A program made the translations under genes and the position numbers. 64,000 nucleotides of DNA from Escherichia coli 042. Lineage in GTDB: Bacteria > Pseudomonadota > Gammaproteobacteria > Enterobacterales > Enterobacteriaceae. A model generated the notes under the pieces. It was not told the origin of the DNA and searched no databases. It worked only from the letters and a program-made list of their open reading frames with translations. Shown in pieces: positions 34,818 through 46,537 of the stretch; positions within the stretch are counted from its first letter, which is position 1, and the number at the start of each line of letters is the position of its first letter. The stretch lies in the NCBI RefSeq assembly GCF_000027125.1, contig NC_017626.1. One strand, given 5' to 3'.

Positions 34818-35786
34818 TTATGCGAGAACCAAATCTCCCTGCGGATGGCAGGAGCAGGCCAGCACGTAACCTTCAGCGATTTCGGCGTTGGTCAGCGTCA
34901 TTGTGCTGCTCACCGTATATTCACCGGAAACCACTTTCGTCTTACAGCAGCCGCAAACACCTGCACGGCAGGCGGCGACAACCGGAACTTTATTGCTTTC
35001 CAGCGCCTCCAGTAGCGTGGTGCCAACCGAGGCGTAAAATTCTCGTGCCGGTTGCAGTTTGGTGAATTTCAGACCGCTGGTCGCCGCTTCCGCTACTGGG
35101 GTGAAGAATTTCTCTTTAAAGAAACGCGTCACGCCGAGCGCTTTCACTTCCTGCTCTACCCAATCCATATACGGAGCCGGGCCACAGGTCATCACGGTAC
35201 GTGAAGCTAAGTCAGGGACACCTGCCAGCAGTTCGCGAGTGAGACGACCAGCGATAAAGCCTTCGGTAACGTTATTTTCTGCCACCAGCGTCACCGGATA
35301 GTTGCGCCACTCATCGGCGAAAATAACATCCTGCGGCGAACGCACGTTGTAGATCACCTGCACATCGGCCTGCGGACGGTTCTTCGCCAGCCAGCGACGC
35401 ATCGACATAATCGGCGTGACGCCGCAGCCTGCCGCCAGCAACAGGAATTTATCTTCTGCTTTATCGTCGCAGGTAAATTCCCCCATCGCGTCCGAAAGCC
35501 AGAGATAATCACCGCGTTTTACATCGCGCGTCAGCCACTGGGAGCCGACACCGTCATCAATCTGCCGCACAGTCAGGGTGATGTATTCACTCACGCCTGG
35601 CGTGGAGGAAATGGTGTAAGCACGCAGCGTTTCCGCTGAGTTTCGCACGCTGACCAGTGCATATTGCCCGGCGCGATATGGGTAGTAATCGTGGCAAATC
35701 AGGGAAATCGTCCACACATCCGGCGTTTCTTGCGTAATGTGATGAACCTGCATCCGCCACGGGCATTGATTCGTTGGCATCGTCAT
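34818..35786 (-). CDS. hcr: NADH oxidoreductase for hybrid-cluster protein
   Basis: C-terminal 2Fe-2S ferredoxin Cys cluster and FNR-like reductase fold. Confidence 0.9.
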   Translation of the reverse strand: MTMPTNQCPWRMQVHHITQETPDVWTISLICHDYYPYRAGQYALVSVRNSAETLRAYTISSTPGVSEYITLTVRQIDDGVGSQWLTRDVKRGDYLWLSDAMGEFTCDDKAEDKFLLLAAGCGVTPIMSMRRWLAKNRPQADVQVIYNVRSPQDVIFADEWRNYPVTLVAENNVTEGFIAGRLTRELLAGVPDLASRTVMTCGPAPYMDWVEQEVKALGVTRFFKEKFFTPVAEAATSGLKFTKLQPAREFYASVGTTLLEALESNKVPVVAACRAGVCGCCKTKVVSGEYTVSSTMTLTNAEIAEGYVLACSCHPQGDLVLA

Positions 35787-35797
35787 CGACAAACTCC

Positions 35798-37450
35798 TTA
35801 CGCGCTCAACAGTTGCTTCATGTCTTCTTCAACAGTGGTGATAGAACGCAGGCCGAATTTCTCGTTCAGCACCGCCAGCAGATCTGGTGTCAGGAAACCT
35901 GGTGCAGTCGGGCCGGTGACGATATTTTTCACACCCAGAGAAAGCAGTGTCAGCAGAATGACAATCGCTTTCTGTTCAAACCAGGAGAGCACCAGTGACA
36001 GCGGCAGATCGTTGACACCGCAGCCCAGTTTTTCTGCCAGCGTTACCGCCAGAATAATTGCTGAGTAAGCATCGTTACACTGACCAGCATCCACCAGACG
36101 CGGCAGACCTTCGATATCGCCAAACTCGAGTTTGTTAAAGCGATATTTACCACAGGCGAGAGTCAGGATCAGACAGTCATCCGGCACGCTGGTGGCGAAA
36201 TCGGTGAAGTAGTGACGCTCGCCGCGTGCGCCGTCACAGCCGCCAAGCAGGAAGATATGACGCAGTTTTTCACGGCTCACCAGATCAATCAGCGTATCGG
36301 CTGCGCCAAGCAGTGTCTGGCGACCAAAGCCCACGGTGATCAGGTGCGGAATTTCGCTGTACGGGAAGCCCGCCATCTGTTGCGCCTGGGCAATGACCGC
36401 AGAGAAATCTTCGCCATCCAGATGACGCACACCCGGCCAGCCAACGATGCTGCGGGTCCAGATACGATCGTCATAAGCGCCTACGGTTGGGTCGATGATG
36501 CAGTTCGAGGTCATCACGATGGGGCCAGGGAAACGAGCGAACTCCACTTGCTGATTCTGCCAGCCGCTGCCGTAGTTACCGACCAGATGCTTGAATTTAC
36601 GCAGCTCCGGGTAGCCATGCGCAGGCAGCATTTCACCGTGGGTGTAGACATTAACGCCCGTGCCTTCGGTCTGTTCCAGCAGGTTGTAGAGATCTTTGAG
36701 ATCGTGACCGGAAATCAGAATGCATTTACCTGCCGTCGCTTTGACGTTGACCTGGGTTGGGGTCGGGTGACCGTATTTACCGGTTTCGCCTGCGTCCAGA
36801 ATGCTCATCACTTTGAAGTTCATCTGGCCGATTTCCATTGAACACTCAAGAAGCGCGTTCATATCGGCAGGCCAGGTTCCCAGCCACGCCATGATTTTAT
36901 GGTACTGGGCATAAATATCGTTGTCGTATTGACCGAGAACATGCGCGTGTTCCATATAGGCCGCCGCACCTTTCAGGCCATACAGGCACAGCAGGCGCAG
37001 GCCGAGAATGTTTTCGCCAATCGCCGCTTTATCTTTGTTAGGGGTAAATTCTGCTGCCTGACGTTGCAGCTCGCCGAGATCATCGCTCACCAGTTGCAGG
37101 TCAGCCATCGGGTTATCGACGCGGGCGTTGGCATCTACAGCCAGGCATTGTGCTTTCAGCGCCTCGCGCAGGGCAATCGCTTCACGAGCGTAGCCGACTA
37201 TACGCGGAGAATCGAAGTTAACGTTGGTCAGGGTTGAGAAAAATGCGCGTGGCGCAAAGCTGTCTACATCGTGGTTGATGATGCCGTATTCACGCGCTTT
37301 TACCGCCCAGGCCGAAAGCCCTTGCAGCGCCGCGATGAGTAAATCCTGAAGGTCAGAGGTTTCCGCCGTTTTACCACACATCCCCTGCGCGTATGAGCAG
37401 CCGTTTCCTGCCGGAGTACGGATAGTTTGTTCACATTGCACACAAAACAT
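35798..37450 (-). CDS. hcp: hybrid-cluster protein (hydroxylamine reductase)
   Basis: N-terminal MFCVQCEQT Cys motif. Confidence 0.93.
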   Translation of the reverse strand: MFCVQCEQTIRTPAGNGCSYAQGMCGKTAETSDLQDLLIAALQGLSAWAVKAREYGIINHDVDSFAPRAFFSTLTNVNFDSPRIVGYAREAIALREALKAQCLAVDANARVDNPMADLQLVSDDLGELQRQAAEFTPNKDKAAIGENILGLRLLCLYGLKGAAAYMEHAHVLGQYDNDIYAQYHKIMAWLGTWPADMNALLECSMEIGQMNFKVMSILDAGETGKYGHPTPTQVNVKATAGKCILISGHDLKDLYNLLEQTEGTGVNVYTHGEMLPAHGYPELRKFKHLVGNYGSGWQNQQVEFARFPGPIVMTSNCIIDPTVGAYDDRIWTRSIVGWPGVRHLDGEDFSAVIAQAQQMAGFPYSEIPHLITVGFGRQTLLGAADTLIDLVSREKLRHIFLLGGCDGARGERHYFTDFATSVPDDCLILTLACGKYRFNKLEFGDIEGLPRLVDAGQCNDAYSAIILAVTLAEKLGCGVNDLPLSLVLSWFEQKAIVILLTLLSLGVKNIVTGPTAPGFLTPDLLAVLNEKFGLRSITTVEEDMKQLLSA

Positions 37451-37593
37451 GATCACACCTTTTAAAGTTATATTTAATATACATGTTTAAGGTTAAGACG
37501 CTTAACGCAGGGATAAAAGGGATTTTTCATGCAACTTTAAGGGAGATTGATTTAGCGCAATTTTGGCGGCAGGGATCTACCGCCAGAGAGGTA

Positions 37594-38493
37594 TTACGCG
37601 GAAAAAAAGGCGATGAGGATCGGCACTAACAGGCTAAGAATAAAACCGTGAACAATCGCCGCCGGGACCATATCCAGCCCGCCAGTACGTTGAAGAACGG
37701 GCAGGGTGAAATCCATCGACGTGGCACCGCATAAGCCCAGTGCAGTAGAGCGGCTGCGGCGAATCAGCCCAGGGATCAACATAATAGCAATCAGCTCACG
37801 GGCCAGATCATTAAAAAACGCCGCGCTCCCGATTACCGGACCAAAAGATTCGGTCAATAAAATACCGGAAAGAGAATACCAGCCGAAACCGGAGGCCATT
37901 GCCAGCGCGGTATTGATGGGAAGATCAAGAATAAAGGCGTTAATTAAACCACCAATTAATGAACTGGCAATCACCACCACGGCGACAATCATTCCCCGGC
38001 GATTAAGGACAATCTGCTTTAAGGTCATGCCATTATTGCGCAACTGAATACCGACGAGGAAAAGTAGCAGAATTAAGGTGTATTCACTGGCTTCGGTCGC
38101 ATGTTGTAAGAAAGCCAGTCCACTCAGGCCAATGGCAAAACCAATCACTACTACGCCGCACAGTTTTAGCGACTCCAGCGCCATCGCAATACGCGACGGG
38201 AGTTTTTCTTGCTGGTGGTGATTGCGCCACGGCAGACCGCGCTCCAGCCACAACAACGCAATAATATTGCAGAGTAAAATAATGGTAATGCTGACGGCGG
38301 AATAATGCAGAATCGCCAACAGGTTACTGGCGAGGTTATCGAGAAACGCCAGACTGATACCCATAAAAAAGAGAATGAGGTAAACCATCCAACTTAATAG
38401 CTGATTAATAACTTTTAATGCAGCTTTTTGGCGAAGCGGAATGAGGTAACCCACAATCAGGGGAACCAGAATGATTAACAGCCCAGAAAACAT
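37594..38493 (-). CDS. lysO: lysine exporter LysO (YbjE)
   Basis: Polytopic membrane ORF; start MFSGLLIIL. Confidence 0.85.
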   Translation of the reverse strand: MFSGLLIILVPLIVGYLIPLRQKAALKVINQLLSWMVYLILFFMGISLAFLDNLASNLLAILHYSAVSITIILLCNIIALLWLERGLPWRNHHQQEKLPSRIAMALESLKLCGVVVIGFAIGLSGLAFLQHATEASEYTLILLLFLVGIQLRNNGMTLKQIVLNRRGMIVAVVVIASSLIGGLINAFILDLPINTALAMASGFGWYSLSGILLTESFGPVIGSAAFFNDLARELIAIMLIPGLIRRSRSTALGLCGATSMDFTLPVLQRTGGLDMVPAAIVHGFILSLLVPILIAFFSA

Positions 38494-38936
38494 GAAAACC
38501 CAGTCCTTGCAAAGATGAAGTCGAAATGCGCGATGACACACTACTGAAAGCGGAAGGACGAGTAAAGTTGCAATTAAAAGGAAATGTTATGGATAAGGAT
38601 CGTTAGGGTATTCATTTTCATTTAAAGATATTCTTGCGCTTTAATTACAAACCGCACCGGTGTTGGTGGCGTCAAAATCGCCGAGGCGTTCCCTGAAGGC
38701 CGGGGCAGCCCACATGGATGTGGGCTGAGGGCGCGTTTTACAGGGATGTTACCTCGCGCCCGACCCGGTAGCCGCAAGGGATAAGTCGAGGGCACCGCGC
38801 AGCGGCGATTTTGTTCGCCAGAGCCCGGGGGTGCAGGGGGCGGCGGCGATTGGCCGCCCCCTGCGCGCTCCCTGCGCCAGTGACTATATGTGGCTTAACA
38901 CATCAAGGAGCGCAACAGGAAGATGAATCAATATAT

Positions 38937-38969
38937 TTAAAAAAGGCCTGACATTGCGCCAGGCCTTCT
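38937..38969 (-). terminator. rho-independent terminator of aqpZ
   Basis: Hairpin aggcctg...caggcct followed by a T-run on the minus strand. Confidence 0.6.
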
Positions 38970-38976
38970 GCGTTAA

Positions 38977-39672
38977 TTAATTACGTTTTTCCAGCAGGGT
39001 CCGGTAAATCAGACCACCGATAATGCCGCCGACAATTGGCACCACCCAGAAGAACCACAGTTGTTCTAATGCCCAGCCGCCCTGGAAGATAGCAACCGCG
39101 GTGCTGCGCGCCGGGTTAACAGAAGTGTTAGTCACCGGAATACTGATTAAGTGAATCAGGGTTAAGGCCAGACCAATAGCGATCGGCGCAAAACCAGCAG
39201 GAGCGAATTTGTCGGTTGCGCCGTGGATCACCAGCAGGAAACCTGCACTCAATACCAGTTCAACTACCAGCGCGGAAAGCATGGAATAACCGCCTGGCGA
39301 ATGCTCGCCATAACCGTTAGAAGCAAAACCGCTGGCTGCCGCGTCAAAACCCGTTTTACCACTGGCAATTAAATACAGCAGCGCCGCTGCAACAATACCG
39401 CCGACAACCTGGGCAATTACGTAGCCAACGACTTCTTTTGCCGGAAAACGTCCGCCAGCCCATAAACCAATAGTGACCGCCGGGTTAAAATGACCACCAG
39501 AAATGTGACCAACAGCAAAGGCCATCGTCAGAACGGTCAGACCGAACGCCAACGCCACGCCGGCAAAACCAATGCCTAATTCCGGGAAGCCTGCGGCCAG
39601 TACGGCACTACCACAGCCACCAAAAACAAGCCAGAAAGTACCAAAACATTCAGCTGCTAATTTTCTGAACAT
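38977..39672 (-). CDS. aqpZ: aquaporin Z
   Basis: Two NPA motifs (HFNPAVT, NPARS). Confidence 0.93.
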   Translation of the reverse strand: MFRKLAAECFGTFWLVFGGCGSAVLAAGFPELGIGFAGVALAFGLTVLTMAFAVGHISGGHFNPAVTIGLWAGGRFPAKEVVGYVIAQVVGGIVAAALLYLIASGKTGFDAAASGFASNGYGEHSPGGYSMLSALVVELVLSAGFLLVIHGATDKFAPAGFAPIAIGLALTLIHLISIPVTNTSVNPARSTAVAIFQGGWALEQLWFFWVVPIVGGIIGGLIYRTLLEKRN

Positions 39673-40097
39673 ATCCACCTCAATTAAAAATTGACCCTGT
39701 GAAAAATATGGTCGTTTTATAGGGTCGTCGTAAAAAAGTGACGACGGAAATAATGCGCGGCTATTTTAAAAACGAAGGCAAATCATTCGCCAGATAAATA
39801 AATCCAGTAAATTTGATTTAGGGCAACAGCGGGTTGCCCCATATAGTCATTTGTCTGATTGACAGTGTAGTGCAAGCGAAAGATTTAATCCTTTAGGCGT
39901 AATAAAAAATAATTTATCATGCTAATTATTTGATTTTGTTGTTTTTGCAGGCTTATCAGCAAGAGGGAGTATAACGCGATTATTCGCTCATTTTTCAGAC
40001 ATTTGCCATGCTTAAATGTGATGTCATCACGTATTAGCATGGCCTTTCCCGTTATACTGCCAGCGTAAAGGATAAGTCACATATTTCTGGAGGGGAT

Positions 40098-41756
40098 ATG
40101 ATTCTTGAGCGCGTTGAAATTGTGGGTTTTCGCGGTATCAACCGTTTGTCGTTGATGCTGGAACAATACAACGTCCTGATTGGGGAGAACGCGTGGGGTA
40201 AATCCAGCTTGCTGGACGCCTTAACTCTGCTGCTATCGCCAGAATCAGATCTCTACCATTTTGAGCGCGACGATTTCTGGTTCCCGCCGGGAGATATCAA
40301 CGGTCGGGAACATCATCTGCATATTATTTTGACCTTCCGCGAATCGCTGCCAGGCCGACATCGGGTTCGCCGCTATCGGCCGCTGGAAGCGTGCTGGACG
40401 CCATGCACCGATGGCTATCACCGTATTTTTTATCGTCTGGAAGGGGAGAGTGCGGAAGACGGCAGCGTGATGACACTGCGCAGTTTTCTCGATAAAGACG
40501 GACATCCGATTGATGTCGAGGATATTAACGATCAGGCACGCCATCTGGTGCGTTTAATGCCGGTGCTGCGCTTGCGTGATGCCCGTTTTATGCGCCGTAT
40601 TCGTAACGGCACGGTGCCAAATGTCCCTAATGTGGAAGTCACCGCGCGCCAGCTCGATTTCCTCGCCCGTGAGTTGTCCTCACATCCGCAAAATCTCTCT
40701 GATGGACAGATTCGTCAGGGACTTTCCGCAATGGTACAGCTGCTTGAGCATTATTTCTCTGAGCAGGGGGCCGGACAGGCGCGATATCGTTTAATGCGGC
40801 GGCGAGCCAGCAATGAGCAACGAAGCTGGCGCTATCTGGATATCATCAACCGGATGATTGACCGACCTGGTGGGCGCTCGTATCGGGTTATTTTGCTCGG
40901 CCTGTTTGCTACTTTGTTGCAGGCAAAAGGCACATTGCGGCTGGATAAAGACGCCCGTCCATTATTGCTGATTGAAGATCCAGAAACCCGTTTACACCCC
41001 ATTATGCTTTCAGTTGCCTGGCATCTGTTGAACCTTCTGCCATTGCAGCGCATCGCTACTACCAACTCGGGAGAGTTGCTTTCGTTAACGCCGGTAGAGC
41101 ATGTTTGCCGACTGGTACGTGAGTCCTCTCGCGTTGCCGCCTGGCGTCTGGGACCGAGTGGCTTGAGTACCGAAGATAGCCGACGCATATCCTTTCACAT
41201 TCGTTTTAACCGTCCGTCATCGCTGTTTGCCCGTTGTTGGCTGCTGGTGGAAGGGGAAACGGAAACCTGGGTTATCAATGAACTGGCGCGTCAGTGCGGA
41301 CATCATTTTGATGCCGAAGGGATCAAGGTCATTGAGTTTGCCCAGTCCGGGCTAAAGCCACTGGTTAAATTTGCCCGGCGAATGGGGATTGAATGGCATG
41401 TACTGGTCGATGGCGATGAAGCAGGGAAGAAATATGCCGCTACGGTACGCAGCCTGTTGAATAACGATCGGGAAGCCGAACGAGAACATTTAACGGCGTT
41501 ACCGGCGCTGGATATGGAACATTTTATGTATCGGCAGGGATTTTCCGATGTGTTCCACCGCGTGGCGCAAATCCCGGAAAATGTACCGATGAATCTGCGC
41601 AAAATTATCTCGAAAGCGATCCATCGCTCTTCCAAACCCGATCTTGCCATTGAAGTGGCAATGGAGGCAGGACGTCGTGGTGTGGATTCCGTACCGACGC
41701 TGCTGAAAAAAATGTTCTCACGCGTGCTGTGGCTGGCGCGCGGTCGCGCGGATTAA
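40098..41756 (+). CDS. ybjD: OLD-family-like ABC-type ATPase with putative C-terminal nuclease domain
   Basis: N-terminal Walker A GENAWGKSS, Walker B-like LLLIEDPETRLHP; 552 aa. Confidence 0.85.
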   Translation: MILERVEIVGFRGINRLSLMLEQYNVLIGENAWGKSSLLDALTLLLSPESDLYHFERDDFWFPPGDINGREHHLHIILTFRESLPGRHRVRRYRPLEACWTPCTDGYHRIFYRLEGESAEDGSVMTLRSFLDKDGHPIDVEDINDQARHLVRLMPVLRLRDARFMRRIRNGTVPNVPNVEVTARQLDFLARELSSHPQNLSDGQIRQGLSAMVQLLEHYFSEQGAGQARYRLMRRRASNEQRSWRYLDIINRMIDRPGGRSYRVILLGLFATLLQAKGTLRLDKDARPLLLIEDPETRLHPIMLSVAWHLLNLLPLQRIATTNSGELLSLTPVEHVCRLVRESSRVAAWRLGPSGLSTEDSRRISFHIRFNRPSSLFARCWLLVEGETETWVINELARQCGHHFDAEGIKVIEFAQSGLKPLVKFARRMGIEWHVLVDGDEAGKKYAATVRSLLNNDREAEREHLTALPALDMEHFMYRQGFSDVFHRVAQIPENVPMNLRKIISKAIHRSSKPDLAIEVAMEAGRRGVDSVPTLLKKMFSRVLWLARGRAD

Positions 41757-42745
41757 CCGCGAAACATCGTGGCCATTTGTGGCTGAATAGCGTCGAGCAT
41801 CTCATAGCGCCGACGGTATTCAGCCCGTTTTTTACTGGCGATTTCGGCAATCTCTTTTCGTGCTATCTGTGCTGGAAGGCGGTAATGGCGTTCAGCATCA
41901 CATACGCCGCCAACCGACTCCCAGAACGCGTTGTAATCAGCATGGATCTTGCCTTCTTTATCGCGATAACGCAGGCTGCGGTAAATATGTGTTTCATTGC
42001 TGACGGCAATGATCTGCTCTACCTGCAAACGTTGGGCAAACAGACAGGCTGCTTCCATCACAAGGCGTTTGGGAAATAGCCCGTGGCAGGCTTTCGTCGC
42101 ATTCTGGATTTCCTGATGTGGAATTTCCCATTTTGCGCCTTGCAGTCCGCCAATAAACATTGTTCTTTTCCCCTGATATTCACACAGGGTAAACGTGATC
42201 TCTGCCAGAGGAATACCTTCGCTGTTGCGGAACAGGATTGTGCTGTCACCTTCTTTATCCATTGAGATCATCATGGTCAGCTCAAGTGTGAACTGCTCGC
42301 CGTTTTTGCCTTCCAGCTTCGCCAGTTGCAGCCCGGGGGTATTCAAATATAAGCTGAATTCTTCCGCCGACATACACCCGCGGAGTAACGCATAATGGTA
42401 ACGTAACGCCTCCAGCAATTGCTTACGGCTAAGATTCGCCGCAAGGTAAGGGCGATGCAGACGCACAGGCAGTCGCGGCTGGCGCGTTAACAACACATTG
42501 AGATTAGGCCAGTGGGAAAGTTCGTTCATCCACTCAACGCTTAAACGCGGCATAATCAACGAGCGCAGCAAAAATTTCTGGCGAAAACTACGGCGATGCC
42601 AGAATTTACCCGGCCGACACTGTCCACGTGCCAGACTAAGAAAAAGTGACAGGCTGCTGAGAGATTCAGATGGCGTAAAGGTCCGTTCAGTTAGCTGCGA
42701 CATATTCATGAAATCAATGGTTATACATGACGTCGATTTCACCAT
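41753..42745 (-). CDS. ybjX: VirK/YbjX (DUF535) family protein
   Basis: 330-aa ORF; synteny; 4-bp convergent overlap with ybjD. Confidence 0.85.
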   Translation of the reverse strand: MVKSTSCITIDFMNMSQLTERTFTPSESLSSLSLFLSLARGQCRPGKFWHRRSFRQKFLLRSLIMPRLSVEWMNELSHWPNLNVLLTRQPRLPVRLHRPYLAANLSRKQLLEALRYHYALLRGCMSAEEFSLYLNTPGLQLAKLEGKNGEQFTLELTMMISMDKEGDSTILFRNSEGIPLAEITFTLCEYQGKRTMFIGGLQGAKWEIPHQEIQNATKACHGLFPKRLVMEAACLFAQRLQVEQIIAVSNETHIYRSLRYRDKEGKIHADYNAFWESVGGVCDAERHYRLPAQIARKEIAEIASKKRAEYRRRYEMLDAIQPQMATMFRG

Positions 42746-42859
42746 TGCGTATCTTAACCAAACATCAATAGTGTGATTACTAACGTAAATTTTAGGGTTT
42801 TGTTGATATTTCGTTGAAGTTAATGACCCGGATTGGCATATGGAGTATTCAGAATATTT

Positions 42860-43975
42860 ATGAAAAAGCGGAAAACCGTGAAGAAGCGTTACGTTATTGC
42901 GCTGGTGATAGTCATCGCCGGGCTGATTACGTTATGGAGAATTCTTAACGCACCCGTGCCGACTTATCAGACGCTGATTGTGCGCCCCGGTGAATTACAG
43001 CAAAGCGTGCTGGCGACCGGAAAGCTGGACGCGCTGCGTAAGGTTGATGTGGGCGCGCAGGTCAGCGGTCAGTTGAAAACGCTGTCGGTGGCGATTGGCG
43101 ATAAAGTAAAAAAAGACCAGCTTTTAGGGGTTATTGATCCTGAACAGGCTGAAAACCAGATTAAGGAGGTGGAAGCAACGCTGATGGAGCTACGCGCGCA
43201 GCGGCAGCAGGCGGAAGCGGAGCTGAAACTGGCGCGGGTGACGTATTCCCGTCAGCAACGTCTTGCACAAACGCAAGCGGTTTCACAGCAGGATCTTGAT
43301 ACCGCCGCGACGGAGATGGCTGTGAAACAGGCGCAAATTGGCACCATTGACGCGCAAATCAAGCGCAATCAGGCCTCACTCGATACGGCTAAAACCAATC
43401 TCGATTACACCCGCATCGTTGCCCCGATGGCCGGGGAAGTCACGCAAATAACCACTCTGCAAGGCCAGACGGTGATTGCCGCACAACAAGCACCGAACAT
43501 TCTGACGCTGGCAGATATGAGCACCATGCTGGTAAAAGCGCAGGTTTCTGAAGCGGATGTAATCCACCTGAAGCCGGGGCAAAAAGCCTGGTTTACGGTG
43601 CTTGGCGATCCGCTGACGCGCTATGAGGGGCAAATCAAGGATGTGCTACCGACGCCGGAAAAGGTTAACGACGCTATTTTCTATTACGCCCGTTTTGAAG
43701 TCCCCAACCCCAATGGTTTGCTGCGGCTGGATATGACCGCGCAAGTGCATATTCAGCTCACCGATGTGAAAAATGTGCTGACGATCCCTCTGTCGGCGTT
43801 AGGCGATCCGGTTGGCGATAATCGTTATAAAGTCAAATTGTTGCGTAATGGTGAAACACGCGAGCGTGAAGTGACGATTGGCGCACGTAACGATACCGAT
43901 GTTGAGATTGTCAAAGGGTTGGAAGCGGGCGATGAAGTGGTGATTGGTGAGGCCAAACCAGGAGCTGCGCAATGA
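42860..43975 (+). CDS. macA: macrolide efflux membrane fusion protein
   Basis: Start MKKRKTVKK; coiled-coil periplasmic adaptor. Confidence 0.92.
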   Translation: MKKRKTVKKRYVIALVIVIAGLITLWRILNAPVPTYQTLIVRPGELQQSVLATGKLDALRKVDVGAQVSGQLKTLSVAIGDKVKKDQLLGVIDPEQAENQIKEVEATLMELRAQRQQAEAELKLARVTYSRQQRLAQTQAVSQQDLDTAATEMAVKQAQIGTIDAQIKRNQASLDTAKTNLDYTRIVAPMAGEVTQITTLQGQTVIAAQQAPNILTLADMSTMLVKAQVSEADVIHLKPGQKAWFTVLGDPLTRYEGQIKDVLPTPEKVNDAIFYYARFEVPNPNGLLRLDMTAQVHIQLTDVKNVLTIPLSALGDPVGDNRYKVKLLRNGETREREVTIGARNDTDVEIVKGLEAGDEVVIGEAKPGAAQ

Positions 43976-45918
43976 CGCCCTTGCTCGAATTAAAGGATAT
44001 TCGTCGCAGCTATCCTGCCGGTGATGAGCAGGTTGAGGTGCTGAAGGGCATCACCCTCGATATTTATGCTGGTGAGATGGTGGCGATTGTCGGCGCTTCG
44101 GGTTCCGGTAAATCGACCCTGATGAATATTCTCGGCTGCCTGGATAAGGCCACCAGCGGCACCTATCGCGTAGCCGGTCAGGATGTTGCCACGCTGGACG
44201 CCGATGCGCTGGCGCAACTGCGTCGCGAACACTTCGGCTTTATTTTCCAGCGTTACCATTTGCTTTCGCATTTAACCGCCGAGCAGAACGTTGAAGTACC
44301 CGCCGTCTATGCCGGTCTTGAGCGGAAACAGCGGCTGCTTCGCGCCCAGGAGTTGCTGCAACGACTGGGGCTGGAAGACCGTACAGAGTATTATCCGGCA
44401 CAGCTTTCGGGTGGTCAGCAACAGCGCGTCAGCATCGCGCGGGCATTGATGAACGGCGGTCAGGTAATTCTTGCCGATGAACCGACCGGCGCACTGGACA
44501 GCCATTCTGGCGAAGAGGTGATGGCGATCCTGCATCAGCTGCGCGATCGCGGGCATACGGTGATTATCGTTACCCACGATCCGCAGGTTGCTGCTCAGGC
44601 CGAGCGGGTGATCGAAATTCGCGACGGCGAAATTGTGCGCAATCCTCCCGCCGTTGAAAAAGTGAATGCTACTGGCGGGACGGAACCTGTTGTCAACACT
44701 GCGTCTGGCTGGCGGCAGTTTGTCAGCGGTTTTAACGAGGCGCTGACGATGGCATGGCGGGCGCTGGCAGCGAATAAAATGCGTACTTTACTGACCATGC
44801 TGGGGATTATTATCGGTATTGCGTCGGTGGTTTCCATTGTCGTGGTGGGCGACGCCGCCAAACAAATGGTGCTGGCGGATATTCGTTCTATTGGTACGAA
44901 TACTATTGACGTCTACCCCGGGAAAGATTTTGGCGATGACGATCCGCAATATCAGCAGGCGCTGAAGTACGACGACTTAATCGCCATCCAAAAACAACCG
45001 TGGGTCGCCTCAGCCACACCTGCCGTCTCGCAAAACCTGCGCCTGCGTTATAACAATGTTGATGTGGCTGCCAGTGCCAATGGCGTGAGCGGCGATTATT
45101 TTAATGTCTATGGCATGACCTTCAGTGAAGGGAACACCTTTAATCAGGAGCAGCTGAACGGTCGTGCGCAGGTCGTGGTTCTCGACAGTAATACTCGCCG
45201 CCAGCTTTTCCCCCATAAAGCAGATGTGGTTGGCGAGGTGATTCTGGTCGGCAATATGCCCGCCAGAGTCATTGGTGTGGCGGAAGAAAAACAGTCGATG
45301 TTTGGTAGCAGTAAAGTGCTGCGTGTCTGGCTACCTTACAGCACGATGTCCGGGCGAGTTATGGGCCAGTCGTGGCTGAACTCCATTACTGTCAGGGTGA
45401 AAGAAGGATTTGACAGCGCCGAGGCGGAACAGCAACTCACGCGTTTACTTTCACTGCGCCACGGTAAGAAGGATTTCTTTACCTGGAACATGGACGGCGT
45501 CTTGAAAACCGTTGAAAAGACCACACGTACTTTACAACTGTTTCTGACGCTGGTGGCGGTGATTTCGCTAGTGGTGGGCGGTATTGGTGTAATGAATATT
45601 ATGCTGGTGTCAGTGACCGAGCGGACGCGGGAAATTGGCATTCGCATGGCTGTAGGTGCGCGAGCAAGTGATGTGTTGCAACAGTTCCTGATCGAAGCCG
45701 TGCTGGTTTGCCTGGTCGGTGGCGCGTTGGGAATAACACTGTCACTGTTAATTGCTTTCACCTTGCAGCTTTTCTTATCCGGCTGGGAGATTGGTTTTTC
45801 ACCGTTGGCGTTGCTGCTGGCGTTTCTCTGCTCGACGGTCACCGGGATTTTATTTGGCTGGTTACCCGCACGAAATGCGGCACGACTGGATCCAGTAGAT
45901 GCTCTGGCTCGAGAGTAA
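43972..45918 (+). CDS. macB: macrolide ABC exporter ATPase/permease
   Basis: Walker [10 protein letters not shown], signature LSGGQQQR; C-terminal FtsX-like TM domain. Confidence 0.93.
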   Translation: MTPLLELKDIRRSYPAGDEQVEVLKGITLDIYAGEMVAIVGASGSGKSTLMNILGCLDKATSGTYRVAGQDVATLDADALAQLRREHFGFIFQRYHLLSHLTAEQNVEVPAVYAGLERKQRLLRAQELLQRLGLEDRTEYYPAQLSGGQQQRVSIARALMNGGQVILADEPTGALDSHSGEEVMAILHQLRDRGHTVIIVTHDPQVAAQAERVIEIRDGEIVRNPPAVEKVNATGGTEPVVNTASGWRQFVSGFNEALTMAWRALAANKMRTLLTMLGIIIGIASVVSIVVVGDAAKQMVLADIRSIGTNTIDVYPGKDFGDDDPQYQQALKYDDLIAIQKQPWVASATPAVSQNLRLRYNNVDVAASANGVSGDYFNVYGMTFSEGNTFNQEQLNGRAQVVVLDSNTRRQLFPHKADVVGEVILVGNMPARVIGVAEEKQSMFGSSKVLRVWLPYSTMSGRVMGQSWLNSITVRVKEGFDSAEAEQQLTRLLSLRHGKKDFFTWNMDGVLKTVEKTTRTLQLFLTLVAVISLVVGGIGVMNIMLVSVTERTREIGIRMAVGARASDVLQQFLIEAVLVCLVGGALGITLSLLIAFTLQLFLSGWEIGFSPLALLLAFLCSTVTGILFGWLPARNAARLDPVDALARE

Positions 45919-45990
45919 TTTTTGAGATAAAAATGCCAGCCGATCGGGCTGGCATTTTGCCTTTAGGATGTACACAATGAGACAGAAGAG

Positions 45991-46215
45991 CTATGCGACT
46001 GCCGCTTCTACTTCGACGGGCACAATAACACTGGCGTGATTGCCTTTTGGCCCCTGGTGGACATCAAACTGAACGGATTGTCCAGCTTTTAGCGTTCTGT
46101 AACCATCCATCTGAATGGTGGAATAATGAGCGAAAATATCTTCGCCGCCGCCTTCAGGGCAGATGAAACCAAACCCTTTGGCATTGTTGAACCACTTAAC
46201 AGTACCCTTTTCCAT
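45991..46215 (-). CDS. cspD: cold-shock-domain stationary-phase protein CspD
   Basis: CSD motifs KGFGFI; start MEKGTVKWFN. Confidence 0.92.
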   Translation of the reverse strand: MEKGTVKWFNNAKGFGFICPEGGGEDIFAHYSTIQMDGYRTLKAGQSVQFDVHQGPKGNHASVIVPVEVEAAVA

Positions 46216-46537
46216 GCTTCGACATCCTTCGCAAATCTTATACAAGTAAGATGGAATAAACCGGGGTCAGAGAGGGGGCTGTTCAAAACCTCGCCAACTC
46301 TAGAAATACAATTTAGAGAATTAGGGCGAGCCGTCAAGCATTTGACAGGGGCCAGGGGGCAGGTATGAATCAAAAATTTGAAGCAGTTAACGCTATTGAC
46401 AGGAATGTGACAGATGTCGCTGATGCCAACGATAGATGATAGTTATCTATCATGTGGAGTAGATTGGTCAGGCAAATAAGCTCTTGTCAGCGGCAGGGTG
46501 TTCTGCCGATAACCGTAACCGAAGATGATAACTGACA

